Source: Vulcanimicrobiota bacterium
GTDB taxonomy: Bacteria > Vulcanimicrobiota > Xenobia > Xenobiales > JADMJV01
Direction: 5' to 3'
Assembly (NCBI GenBank): GCA_050250895.1
Contig: JBFWNU010000006.1
Span: forward strand, 475,720-539,719
Length of the DNA: 64,000 nucleotides
Positions 48,365-58,094 of this stretch are shown here, in pieces. The number at the start of each line of letters is the position of its first letter. The first letter of the stretch is position 1. The notes beneath the pieces were generated by a model, which saw only the letters and a program-made list of their open reading frames with translations, was not told where the DNA came from and ran no database searches. The position numbers were made by a program, and so were the translations under genes.

Positions 48365-48868
48365 TCAGTCTACCTCGGACAGGATGGCTTCGCCTTCAAT
48401 GACCACGTCGTCGTCGCCGAGGAGTTCTCCGTCATGGATCACGGTTTCGGCGTTGAGTTTGTACAGGCCGTTACCAGCGGGCGTGAGCGTGGCTCTGAGA
48501 AAATTGATGGCGCTGCCCGCGATCGAGAGCACGGCGTGGCGTTGCTCGGGGGGCAAGGACTTGAGCTTGTCGATGAAGGCCATCACCTTAGGATCTTGCA
48601 GACAGCGGGCCTGGGAGAGGCGCAAGGGGTAGAGCAGCTTGCCGCCCCGCTGGTCGTGGAAGAAGTCAGACAAGGGCATGCCCAGGGCCCGGGCAAGCTT
48701 GGTGATTACCTCGACCGATGGGTTGGCGGAATCGTTCTCGATGCGAGAAATAAAGGATGCAGAGACGCCGGATTTTTTCTCCAGCTGTTTGATAGTCAGG
48801 TTGCGAGCTTTGCGGTTAAAGTGCAGAATTTTCCCGAAGCTCTTTTTGGGCTCTCCGATGACGGCCAC
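48365..48868 (-). CDS. XRE-family HTH transcriptional regulator
   Basis: RKARNLTIKQLEKKSGVSASFISRIEND.ANPSVEVITKLARALG. Confidence 0.9.
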   Translation of the reverse strand: MAVIGEPKKSFGKILHFNRKARNLTIKQLEKKSGVSASFISRIENDSANPSVEVITKLARALGMPLSDFFHDQRGGKLLYPLRLSQARCLQDPKVMAFIDKLKSLPPEQRHAVLSIAGSAINFLRATLTPAGNGLYKLNAETVIHDGELLGDDDVVIEGEAILSEVD

Positions 48869-48897
48869 CTCCGTTGCTTAGCGGTTCCCCCTGCCAC

Positions 48898-50376
48898 CTA
48901 TATATATGTGAGGTTAGGCCCCGAAGTTCCTTCTCTATATGAAACAAAGCGTCCAGTTTTAACCAGGCAATTTGTTTCCCAAATGCCATGCCGGGAGGGC
49001 AGTGAGGCCTCGGGGGCCGGCGTCGCTTCGACGGGGGTGGGTGACTCTGCTGGAGTCGGCTGGCCTGCCTCAGGGGTGGATTCTGGAGTGGGGGAGGCGG
49101 TAGGGGCCGGCCGCACCAGTTGGATCTCGCTCTCGTCGATGAGCGCGCCCGCGATGGTCGCAGTTTGAAAGCAGGCCAGCGTGCCCCCGATGACGGCGAT
49201 CACGCCGAGCCGAGCCAGGTCGCCTTTGCGACTGGGGGCGATACCGCCGATGCCGCCGATCTGGATGCCGATGGACGAGAAATTGGCAAATCCGCACAGG
49301 GCATAGGTGAGGATCACCGTGCTTCGGCCCGTGAGGGGATGGTCTCCCTTGAGAATGTTGGCCAGGTCGAGGTAGGCCACGAACTCGTTGATGATGAGTT
49401 TCTTACCGAGCAACTCGCCGACCACCAGGGCGTCTTGCGACGGCACGCCCATCACCAGCGCGATGGGAGCGAACAGATAGGAAAAGATCATGCTGAAGCT
49501 GATGTCGGGGATCCAATGCCCCAGGAGTAAGTTCAAGCCGGCATCGAACATGTTGATGAGAGCGATGAAGGCCAGCAACATGGCGCCGACGTTGAGGGCC
49601 AGTTGAAGGCCGGTGCTGGCTCCGTTGGCGGCGGCCTCGATGGCGTTCGCGTCGGTCTGGGGCACATCGATCTTGACGTCACCCTTGGTCATGGGTTCTT
49701 CGGTCTCGGGGATGAGGATTTTGGCCATGACCAGGGCGGCCGGGGCCGACATCAGCGAGGCTGCCATCAGATGTCCGGCGATCCCCGGAAACTGGTCGCG
49801 CAGCAGGGCCACATAGGCGGCCATCACGCCGCCGGCCACCGTGGCGAAACCGCCGGTCATCACCACCATCAACTCCGAGCGGGTCATCTTCTCGACATAG
49901 GGTTTAATCAAGAGCGGGGCTTCGGTTTGCCCGATGAAGATGTTGGCCGAGGCCGACAGTGTCTCGGCGCCCGAGGTGCCGAGTAGTCGGACCATCACCT
50001 TGGCGATGATCTCGACCACGAACTGCATCACCCCCACGTAGTAGAGAAGACTCATCAGAGCCGAGAAAAAGATGATGGTGGGCAACACCTTGACAGCGAA
50101 GACGAACTCGCCGTATTTGGCCGGATCCATCACGATAAAGCCGAAGATGAACTCGCTGCCGCGATCGGTGAATCCCAGTAGAGCCACGATCACGTCGTTC
50201 ATGTAGGCGAAAAAGGCCTGGCCGACTCGGGTCTTGAGCACCAACCCGGCGAACACGAACTGGAGACCTACGCCGGCGCCAACCAGTTTCCAGTCGATGG
50301 CCTTGCGATTGTTCGAGAGTAGATAGGCGATGCCCATCAACACGAAGATTCCGACCAGACTGATCAATCTATCCAT
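48898..50376 (-). CDS. nupC: NupC-family Na+/nucleoside (CNT) transporter with Pro-rich tail
   Basis: LPTIIFFSAL, ANIFIGQTEAPL, GGFATVAGGV, INEFVAY, YALCGFAN. Confidence 0.92.
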   Translation of the reverse strand: MDRLISLVGIFVLMGIAYLLSNNRKAIDWKLVGAGVGLQFVFAGLVLKTRVGQAFFAYMNDVIVALLGFTDRGSEFIFGFIVMDPAKYGEFVFAVKVLPTIIFFSALMSLLYYVGVMQFVVEIIAKVMVRLLGTSGAETLSASANIFIGQTEAPLLIKPYVEKMTRSELMVVMTGGFATVAGGVMAAYVALLRDQFPGIAGHLMAASLMSAPAALVMAKILIPETEEPMTKGDVKIDVPQTDANAIEAAANGASTGLQLALNVGAMLLAFIALINMFDAGLNLLLGHWIPDISFSMIFSYLFAPIALVMGVPSQDALVVGELLGKKLIINEFVAYLDLANILKGDHPLTGRSTVILTYALCGFANFSSIGIQIGGIGGIAPSRKGDLARLGVIAVIGGTLACFQTATIAGALIDESEIQLVRPAPTASPTPESTPEAGQPTPAESPTPVEATPAPEASLPSRHGIWETNCLVKTGRFVSYREGTSGPNLTYI

Positions 50377-50448
50377 TTTGGCCTCCGAACATAAGTCCGT
50401 TCGAGGCTATCAAGACCGCCCGGTGGGGTTATGAACGTTTCGTATCTT

Positions 50449-51705
50449 TTAGGTGCGCAGTAGCGACAGCGGTCGCCCACCCCAACCGGGGAAGAGTCCA
50501 CCCGTCGAGGCCAGTTCCAGGTGTTTGCCCGCCACTTCCGAGAAGACGGCCCGAAAGTCCGTGGTCACGGGCAGGTCGCGACCATCTTCGAGGTTCTCCA
50601 TGGCCAATTCGGGAACGGTCCCATAGACCCGTCCGCCCACCACGTCGTTGCCCAGGATAAAAAGGCACGACCCTCTCCCGTGGTCGGTACCGCCGGACCC
50701 GTTCTGAGCCACGGTGCGGCCGAATTCGGTCATGGTCATTACGGTGACTTTGTCCTGGAACTCTTCCAGGTCGCTCCAAAAGGCCGCGATCGATTGAGCC
50801 AGTTCATTGCTGCGCTGGAAGAACGTGCCGTTCTCGGTGCCCTGCCCGACGTGGGTGTCCCAGCCCCCCGATTCGGCGAAGCCAACCTCGAGGCCGACCC
50901 CGGCCTTGATTAACTGGGCGATTTGGCGCAGGCTCTGGCCCAGTCCTGAGCCCGGATAGTTGACTCCGGGACGAGGTCGATAGTTGCGAAACTCGTCACT
51001 CGAGAGCAGCTTCATGGCGTCAAAGGTCTCGCTGCCCGTGCCGCGGAGCAGATCTTGCGACGTCTCGCGGTACATCTCTTCCAGGCTTTTGCCCCCCCCC
51101 GTGTCAACGCTCTTGCGCTTGCCCCGACCCACCTGAACCTGAAACTGGTCCAGGTTGGCGATGGCCAGCGAGGGATTGGGCCCATAAAGCGATCGCGGCA
51201 GCGCCCGCGTGATGGCTACGCTTTGGAAGGGAGTAGCCTCATGCCCGAGCAACCCGGTGGCCCGATTGAGCCAGCCCGAAGCCGTACCTTTTCGGCCCGG
51301 AGTGCCCGTTTCCATATAGTCCTGGGCGTCGAAGTGGGAGCGAGTGCTATCGGGTGAGCCAACTCCATGGACGATCGCCAGCTGGCCGGCGCGAAAGGCC
51401 GGATGCAGCCCCCCCAGCCCGGGATGAAGGCCGAAGCGGCCATCGAGTTCGAGCAGGCCCCTGCCCCCCTGAGCCATGTGGAGCTGCGGCCTGAGGGTTT
51501 GCAGGCTGCTATCGCCCAGTGGCTGCACGGCCATGAGGCCATCCATAGCCCCCCGCTGGAAGATGCAAACGAGGGTGCGGCGGCGGTCGCCAAGTTTTCC
51601 GGGAGCGGCCTGCGCCGCTCGGGTCAAAAAAAGCGGTGTGCCGCCGAGCGTGGCCGAAAAGAGCGCCAGGCTACCGGTCTTTAAAAAGGCACGTCGGGTC
51701 CACAT
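50449..51705 (-). CDS. DUF1501 family protein with Tat signal
   Basis: TRRAFLK twin-Arg, FQRGAMDGL, RSHFDAQ, GGWDTH, TEFGRT, GTDHG. Confidence 0.88.
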   Translation of the reverse strand: MWTRRAFLKTGSLALFSATLGGTPLFLTRAAQAAPGKLGDRRRTLVCIFQRGAMDGLMAVQPLGDSSLQTLRPQLHMAQGGRGLLELDGRFGLHPGLGGLHPAFRAGQLAIVHGVGSPDSTRSHFDAQDYMETGTPGRKGTASGWLNRATGLLGHEATPFQSVAITRALPRSLYGPNPSLAIANLDQFQVQVGRGKRKSVDTGGGKSLEEMYRETSQDLLRGTGSETFDAMKLLSSDEFRNYRPRPGVNYPGSGLGQSLRQIAQLIKAGVGLEVGFAESGGWDTHVGQGTENGTFFQRSNELAQSIAAFWSDLEEFQDKVTVMTMTEFGRTVAQNGSGGTDHGRGSCLFILGNDVVGGRVYGTVPELAMENLEDGRDLPVTTDFRAVFSEVAGKHLELASTGGLFPGWGGRPLSLLRT

Positions 51706-51708
51706 TTT

Positions 51709-53505
51709 CTACCTCCTTTGAAACTCGGGCGAGCCCAGAATCAGGCCCACCAGCTTGGCACTGGCCCGCTGGCGACTGTCCAGGCGAAAACCGCCACCAT
51801 CACCGCGACCACTCGAGCCCTTCTTCTGCAAATTGCCCACGAATTCCGGGTCCTGGGCGGCGGGCAAAAGTTCGCTGACGGTCTCGGCCACCGGGCGGCC
51901 GGGCAAAAGACGTCGAGCGTAGGCGGTGAGGGCCTTCTCAGGCGAGCCCTTCGGCTTGAGCAAGCGTTTGTCATAGCGAATGCCGGGGATCTCGCCCAGA
52001 GCAAAGTTCAGCCCGAAATTCATGCGGGTCAGTAGAGTTCCACTGTTGATCCAGGTATCGGCCTGATCGGGAAACCCGGTGGGAGCCTGATAGGCATAGA
52101 GCGGTTGACCCATCTCGGCCAACCAATCGTAGAACGGCCGGCTGGGAGTGATGCTGGCCCCGGTGGCTCGGGCCGCGCTGACGGCCAACTCGAGCGGTGA
52201 CTTGATCTTGGCCCGTCGGGCCTCGGGCGACCAGAACTCGGGAGAGTGAACCAGCGTGCGCAAAACGACGGGGATCTGCCCCTGGCTGTCGAGATAGCTG
52301 CGAGCCAGCCGCTCTTCCAGGCTGGCCGGGGGCTGATCCGAGACAAAACGCACGGCCAGTTTGTGGGCCAGATGGCGGGCGGTCGAAGGATGGACCGAGA
52401 GAATGTCGAGCACCTGCTCACCCTCGTCCTGCCCGCGGCCGGCGGGGAAGTTACGACCCAGAATCGATTTGGGCTGAGCATCGTGGAAAGGAGCGACAAA
52501 AAGGAAGTCTCCCTGCTCAACCACGCCGACCTCACCGCCTCTCTCGAGCAACCGGGACAGGCCCGGCCGCAGATCCGGGTTCGGCGGCATCATGGTCCAA
52601 CCGGTGAAGGCTCGGGCCACCTCGGTGACATCCTGCTGGCTATAGCCACCGTCGACGCCCAGGGTGTGCAGTTCCATCAGTTCGCGGGCATAGTTCTCGT
52701 TGATTCCCTTCTTGCGGCGCGCCATTCTTTTGAGGGCGGCCCGGGCCGCCTCGCGTCGAGGGGCCTCCATCTCGTCAGCCATCATGTCGCTGGTGGTGGC
52801 TGCCTCGGGATTGGCCGAAGACTGCGCGTTGTCGAGATAGAGCAGCATGGCCGGGTGTTTGGCGGTGGCCTCGAGCAGGTCGCGAAAGCGGCCCAGAGCA
52901 TTGGGGCGAATGGCGTCGCGCTCGTAGGCAAGCAAATACGGTCGAGCCTGATTGTCGGTCAGCGACACGTTGAAGTGGTTGAACCAGAAGTCGGTCATTA
53001 CTTCGCGCAACTGGTTGGGGCTTTCGTTGGCGCGCAGAATCTTCTGGGCGAAAAGGGTTCCCAACAACTCGCGCAGCGGGCGGTAGCCGCGTTTCTCCAT
53101 AAACGCCCTCAGGGCCGGGTCGTCGAAGCGGGCTCGCTTTTTCTCCTCGTCCCGCGGGGGCACGATCCCCTCCTTCTCGGCCTGGCGCAAAATCAGTCCA
53201 GGCTGAGGATAGGTGGCGGAAATCTGGCGGCTGGTCATGGTGATGGCCGGCAGTTTCTCGAGCCGGGCTTGCAGCTCGTTCTCAGGTAGGTCAGCCTTCA
53301 ATTGCTGCTCGAACCAGTTTTCCAGGCCCTGCTGGGCGACCTGTTCCACCTGACCGGGCGTGGGCCCAAAACTGAAACGGCTGAGCAGGTGGGCGGCCGC
53401 TTCTTCCTTGCCAAGGTCCTGCTGCGCGTAGGGCAGTTCGGCCCGGGCCACGCCAGCCAGCCGGAGCATCAGGCCGAGGATTATCAGGGTTCTAAGAAAA
53501 CTCAC
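51709..53505 (-). CDS. DUF1800 family protein
   Basis: HLLSRFSFG, FWFNHFN, PAMLLYLDN, NENYARELMELHTLG, SPEFQRR. Confidence 0.9.
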   Translation of the reverse strand: MSFLRTLIILGLMLRLAGVARAELPYAQQDLGKEEAAAHLLSRFSFGPTPGQVEQVAQQGLENWFEQQLKADLPENELQARLEKLPAITMTSRQISATYPQPGLILRQAEKEGIVPPRDEEKKRARFDDPALRAFMEKRGYRPLRELLGTLFAQKILRANESPNQLREVMTDFWFNHFNVSLTDNQARPYLLAYERDAIRPNALGRFRDLLEATAKHPAMLLYLDNAQSSANPEAATTSDMMADEMEAPRREAARAALKRMARRKKGINENYARELMELHTLGVDGGYSQQDVTEVARAFTGWTMMPPNPDLRPGLSRLLERGGEVGVVEQGDFLFVAPFHDAQPKSILGRNFPAGRGQDEGEQVLDILSVHPSTARHLAHKLAVRFVSDQPPASLEERLARSYLDSQGQIPVVLRTLVHSPEFWSPEARRAKIKSPLELAVSAARATGASITPSRPFYDWLAEMGQPLYAYQAPTGFPDQADTWINSGTLLTRMNFGLNFALGEIPGIRYDKRLLKPKGSPEKALTAYARRLLPGRPVAETVSELLPAAQDPEFVGNLQKKGSSGRGDGGGFRLDSRQRASAKLVGLILGSPEFQRR

Positions 53506-53561
53506 GTAACATCCTCCCAGGGTCTACTCCTTGAGAACAGATCACCTGGAGATATGTTACA

Positions 53562-54947
53562 TCATCGATTCAAAAAACCGAAGACTCCTTCTTTTTTCTG
53601 GCCTTCGGGTTTCTCTGGCTCGCTCGATGACCGGTCGGGCGAAGCCCCTTCCAGTTCGACCTGTCCCGCCACCTCGACCTTGATTCCGGAGGCGATCTCG
53701 GTGGTCGCCAGCACACCCAGGCCAGGAACGGACCTGGCCAGAATCTTGCGCACGAAGAGCCGAGTCGGTGGGTCGGTAAACAGCACCGGCGGCGAGCCGT
53801 GCTCTTCTAGCTGTTTGCGCACCGCCACCACCAGGTCCTCGGCCGTGTCCTTGGTCAAGCTGAGAACCGGCCCGCGGTCGGTTGACTGGATACTATCGGT
53901 CAACAGCTTCTCGGTGTTGGGACCGAGCGCCAGCCCACGCAACACGCCATCTTGATTGAGGTAAGTATTGCAAATCTGGCGAGATAGCGCTCCGCGACAG
54001 AACTCGGTCACCAGGTCGACCCGCTCGAGCCGGTCGAGCATATCGCCGGCCGTTTCGAGAATGGTCACCAGATCGCGCACCGGAACCCGCTCCGATAGCA
54101 GGTTGCGCAGCACCTGGCGAATCAAGCGCAGGTTGCGACGGTCGACCAGAAAGTCTTCTACCACCACCGGGTGGGTGGGGGCCAGTCGGGTGATGAGTTC
54201 ATGGGTTTCTTGCAGACCCAGGAGTTCGGGACAGGCCGTGGCCACAATCGCTTTGAGGTGGGTCATCAGCACGGCCAGCGGGCCCAGCACCAGGCAGCCC
54301 GATTGTTCAGCCTGGTCGCGCAACTCGGGCTCGATCCACTTGGCCCGCATGCGATGGACCGGGTCGGTGGTGGCCCAACCCTCGAGGCGGTCGAGCTGCT
54401 CGTGGCCACCCAGTGCCATCAGTCGATCGAGGAACACTTCACCCGCGGCGGCGGCAGCGTCTTTGATGCGAACCACATACTGGTTGGGGTCGAGCTGAAG
54501 GTTATCTAGCACCCGAATGGGAGGGGTAACGATGCCCAACTCGCGAGCTACGTCTTCGCGCACACTCTCGAGCTTGCCCATCAAAGGACAACCGTGCTGG
54601 GGATCGGCCACCGGCAGCAGCGAGCGGCCCAATTCGAGCGCCAGAGGATCCTGATAAACATAGGGGTCGGTACCCGGCTCGGCTCGGCCGTCGAAGCTCA
54701 GTTGCAGCTCGCCCTCGACGTTCCAGCCCTCGTTGACCAGGCGCATCAGGCCCTGCTGGACCTCGGCTTTGAGACCGTAGTGGGTGCCCACGAAGAGATA
54801 GCAGACATCCTCGTCGCCGCGGGTGAGCTTGATATAGATCTGGCGACCCTTCTCGTTTCGCTTCCACGGGGCGAACGGTTCGTAGAGATCGCCGATGCGC
54901 AGCACCTGCAGGCTCTCCTGCATCTCCTCCGGCTTGTTTCTGGCCAT
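53562..54947 (-). CDS. FHIPEP-family protein: FlhA/SctV cytoplasmic domain without transmembrane region
   Basis: DPLALELGRSLLP, RELGIVTPPIRVLDNLQL, ELLGLQET, VLRNLLSERVPVRDLVTILE, TEFCRGALSRQI, VLATTEI. Confidence 0.85.
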   Translation of the reverse strand: MARNKPEEMQESLQVLRIGDLYEPFAPWKRNEKGRQIYIKLTRGDEDVCYLFVGTHYGLKAEVQQGLMRLVNEGWNVEGELQLSFDGRAEPGTDPYVYQDPLALELGRSLLPVADPQHGCPLMGKLESVREDVARELGIVTPPIRVLDNLQLDPNQYVVRIKDAAAAAGEVFLDRLMALGGHEQLDRLEGWATTDPVHRMRAKWIEPELRDQAEQSGCLVLGPLAVLMTHLKAIVATACPELLGLQETHELITRLAPTHPVVVEDFLVDRRNLRLIRQVLRNLLSERVPVRDLVTILETAGDMLDRLERVDLVTEFCRGALSRQICNTYLNQDGVLRGLALGPNTEKLLTDSIQSTDRGPVLSLTKDTAEDLVVAVRKQLEEHGSPPVLFTDPPTRLFVRKILARSVPGLGVLATTEIASGIKVEVAGQVELEGASPDRSSSEPEKPEGQKKEGVFGFLNR

Positions 54948-54949
54948 CG

Positions 54950-55471
54950 CTACCCTTTCTGTTCCTCGGCCGGCTGCTCGGTGGGCTCCTCGGCCGGCTC
55001 GAACTCCAGGGGCTTCTGATTATCGACCCACTGCACCTTACCATCCATCTGGCTCAATTCGAGTCCGAACTCTTTGGTGAACCAGGCGGCCAGTTCAGGG
55101 TTGTCGAGGGTCTTGACCGGGCCGCTGACCCACACGATGGAACTCTTCTTGCTCATCAGCTCTTCAGGAGTCACGCCGTTACCGGCGCGCACCAACACAC
55201 CCTTGTCAGGAGTCGAAGTCGAGATGAGCACGAAAAAGCCCGAACTGTTAAGCTCGGGAGAGTTGATATGGGCGGCCAGTTCTCCCGAACAAGAGAGTAA
55301 AGCCGTGCCACTCATCTCTTCGACCTGCTCGGGAAGTTGGCGATGATCGTAGCCCTGGTCCTTGACCACGGCAGCCGGCGTGGGCGTGGCCGCCGGGGGC
55401 GTGGGGTTGGTGCAGCCCACCATCGTGAGACCGGCCAGAAGTAACGTGAATAATGGAGTCCATCTCGACAT
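54950..55471 (-). CDS. lipoprotein of unknown function
   Basis: MSRWTPLFTLLLAGLTMVGC lipobox-like; stop 2 bp before the FHIPEP start. Confidence 0.75.
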   Translation of the reverse strand: MSRWTPLFTLLLAGLTMVGCTNPTPPAATPTPAAVVKDQGYDHRQLPEQVEEMSGTALLSCSGELAAHINSPELNSSGFFVLISTSTPDKGVLVRAGNGVTPEELMSKKSSIVWVSGPVKTLDNPELAAWFTKEFGLELSQMDGKVQWVDNQKPLEFEPAEEPTEQPAEEQKG

Positions 55472-55556
55472 AGAGGCCCAGTTAAACCCACCCCCGGACG
55501 AATCCTTTCGAGCCCCGGTGAGAGGTCGGTTTACCGCTGTGCCGAAGGTGGATGTC

Positions 55557-56951
55557 GTGGCCGATTTCTTGACTCTCGAGGAAGCCGCCGAGCAACTCGG
55601 CATCGACGACACCACCCTGCGGCGCTGGATCAAAAGGGGCAAGGCGCTGGCCTCGCGCCGAGCGGGCACCTATTTGCTGCGCGCCACCGAAGTGGATCGT
55701 TTGCGCACGGTTGCCCCCGAAGACGAGAGCGAACCGATGTTGTCGATTCCGCGAGCCGTCAAGCCCAGTCGACCCAAAGCCGGGGCCGACGAGTTGCTGG
55801 CCCAGATGCAAGAGCGCTTGCAACGCCTCGAAGAGATGCAGACCCAGGCCCCCGCGCCCGACCGCAGCGCGGCCCTGGAAGAACGAATCACCGATCTCAC
55901 CGAAGAGTTGCGAGCCCGCGATCAGGCTATCGATGAACTCGAGGCCAGGCTCGACTCCAAAGATGACGAGAAGGCGGTGGCCGCAGCGGTCGAGGCCGCC
56001 ACCGCCCCCCTTCAAGAGCGGCTTGCCGGCCTCGAGAACGAACTGAAAACCAGTCGCCTGGAGCTGGCTGAGTACCGCTCCAAACTCGATCGCCTGGAAA
56101 GCGAGAAGGCCGAGTTGGCGGGGCAGAGCCGGGCTCTCAAGAGCGAGCTCGCGAAGACTTCCACCGAGAACCTGGAACTCGACCGGGTCCGTTCGCGGGC
56201 CGAGGCGTTATTGCTCGAGAAGGAAGAGCTACTCGAGCGAGTGCGGGCGCTCGAGGCCAGCCCCCCGGTAGACCACGAGAGGACTCACGAACTCGAACGG
56301 CAATTGGCCGATCAGGTGCTGCTGGCCGGACGGCTCGAGCGTGAACGCGACGAACTGCGCGACCGAGCCGGACGACTGGTCCGCGATTTGGCCGCCCGCA
56401 CCCGCGACAGCCAGGACCTGGATCACCTGGCCGACCGTTATGACGAACTGGTGGTTCACACTAATAAGGTCGAGCATCAGTTAGAACAGGCCCTGGACCG
56501 ATTGTCGGCCATCGAGCGAGAGTTTGCCTCGAGCAGCGACGCGTTCGAGACCCGCGAAGCTCAGCTCGAACTCGAGAATCGCCGCTTGAAAGAGAAGCTC
56601 AACGACCTGCAATACAAGCTCGAACTGGGGGGCGGGTCGCGCCAGTCCGAGGATGCCCGCGAGCTCCTTGGACAGATGGCCGCCCTCGAAGAACAAATGG
56701 CGGAAAAAGATGCCTTGATTCAAGGCGAGTATCGCGAGAAGGCCGCTCTCATCGACCGCTGCGAACACCTCGAGCGAGAGTTTTATGACCTGCAACAACG
56801 GTATGACAAAGAGAAATCCGAGTGGTCCGAGATCCTGGCCCGCGAGATCCAGAACCGAGATCGGCTGATCCAGCAGTCTTATGACCCGACTCCCAAGGGG
56901 CAACAACGCGGAGGCTGGGGGCTGTTTCGCCCCAAGAATGACACCCGATGA
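55557..56951 (+). CDS. excisionase/MerR-like HTH + long coiled-coil protein
   Basis: FLTLEEAAEQLGIDDTTLRRWIKRGK followed by ~380 aa of heptad-rich helix; start approximate (GTG). Confidence 0.75.
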   Translation: MADFLTLEEAAEQLGIDDTTLRRWIKRGKALASRRAGTYLLRATEVDRLRTVAPEDESEPMLSIPRAVKPSRPKAGADELLAQMQERLQRLEEMQTQAPAPDRSAALEERITDLTEELRARDQAIDELEARLDSKDDEKAVAAAVEAATAPLQERLAGLENELKTSRLELAEYRSKLDRLESEKAELAGQSRALKSELAKTSTENLELDRVRSRAEALLLEKEELLERVRALEASPPVDHERTHELERQLADQVLLAGRLERERDELRDRAGRLVRDLAARTRDSQDLDHLADRYDELVVHTNKVEHQLEQALDRLSAIEREFASSSDAFETREAQLELENRRLKEKLNDLQYKLELGGGSRQSEDARELLGQMAALEEQMAEKDALIQGEYREKAALIDRCEHLEREFYDLQQRYDKEKSEWSEILAREIQNRDRLIQQSYDPTPKGQQRGGWGLFRPKNDTR

Positions 56952-57304
56952 AGCACTGGTTGACGGTAGGAGCCATTCTGGGGGGTCTATCGGTCCTGCT
57001 GGGCGCCTTCGGCGCGCATGCCCTCAAAGAGGTCCTCTCGCCTGAGAGGCTGGTCACCTTCGAGACGGCGGTCCGCTATCAGTTCTATCATGCCCTGGCT
57101 CTGCTGGCGGTGGGCCAGTTCGCCGCCGACAATCTCTGGGCTGCAAGGGCAGGCGGGCTGTTTGCCGTGGGCGTAGCCCTGTTCTCCGGCTCGCTCTATC
57201 TGCTCTGCGCCACCGGAATCACCATCCTGGGCGCCATTACCCCCTTCGGGGGGTTATCATTTATGGCAGGCTGGGTCTGCCTGGCTGTGGCCAGTCGTCG
57301 ATGA
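56948..57304 (+). CDS. DUF423 family membrane protein
   Basis: LGAFGAHAL, FETAVRYQFYHALAL, FSGSLY, GAITPFGG. Confidence 0.92.
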   Translation: MKHWLTVGAILGGLSVLLGAFGAHALKEVLSPERLVTFETAVRYQFYHALALLAVGQFAADNLWAARAGGLFAVGVALFSGSLYLLCATGITILGAITPFGGLSFMAGWVCLAVASRR

Positions 57305-58071
57305 GAGAGTGGATCTATGCCAACCATCGTCTGGCTTTCTGGCTGGGCACGACAGCGGTGGCGCTGGGATTGTGCCTATTTCGAGGGCCGACCGAGGGGT
57401 TGGGGGTGCTGCTGGCGGGCCTCTTGATCGAGCCGATGCTCATTCCCCAGGGACGGCTCTGGGGGCCGGTGCAGACCCACTTGCCCGACGACTCTACGGT
57501 GGCCCTGACCTTTGACGATGGCCCCTCGGAACACACCGAAGAATTGCTAGATATCCTGGCCGCGCTCGAGGTCAAAGCCACCTTCTTCGTAATTGGAAGC
57601 CAGGTTCAGAAGTTTCCGGACACCGCCCGCCGCATCGCCGCCGAGGGCCACGGGCTGGGCAATCATACCCAGAACCATCCCAACTTGTTGCTGACGTCGT
57701 CGGCAAGAACGATGGCCGAGATCGAGACGGCCAACCGGGTCATCCAACAAGTCACCGGGATCACTCCCCGGCTCTTTCGACCGCCTTATGGATACCGCAC
57801 GCCGCTGGTCCATCGCGCCGTGCGCAGGCTCGGTCAGCGAATGATCACGTGGTCCGTCAACCCGCGCGACTTTCTCGACCCCGGGCTGACCACCCTGATC
57901 ACCAGGGTGCTGCAAGAGGTGGGTCCCGGCGACATCGTCTTGCTGCATGACGGCAGGGCCAACCGGGCTGACACGGTGGCCGCCGTGCCGATTCTGGTCC
58001 GGGCCCTTCGCCAACGAGGGCTAGAACCGGTGCCGCTCGAGGGCGCGAACGTGGGTTTGGAAGGAAGCTGA
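57301..58071 (+). CDS. polysaccharide deacetylase (NodB/CE4)
   Basis: ALTFDDGP, GNHTQNHP, FRPPYG, DIVLLHD. Confidence 0.92.
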   Translation: MREWIYANHRLAFWLGTTAVALGLCLFRGPTEGLGVLLAGLLIEPMLIPQGRLWGPVQTHLPDDSTVALTFDDGPSEHTEELLDILAALEVKATFFVIGSQVQKFPDTARRIAAEGHGLGNHTQNHPNLLLTSSARTMAEIETANRVIQQVTGITPRLFRPPYGYRTPLVHRAVRRLGQRMITWSVNPRDFLDPGLTTLITRVLQEVGPGDIVLLHDGRANRADTVAAVPILVRALRQRGLEPVPLEGANVGLEGS

Positions 58072-58094
58072 CCTCGGCTCCCTAACCTGTCTCG

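Noticed and set aside
47686-48402. 238-aa ORF, or a tmRNA-like tag frame in the intergenic region
   Set aside because: Atypical composition and no motifs; the short minus-strand frame has no start codon and no tRNA-like ends.
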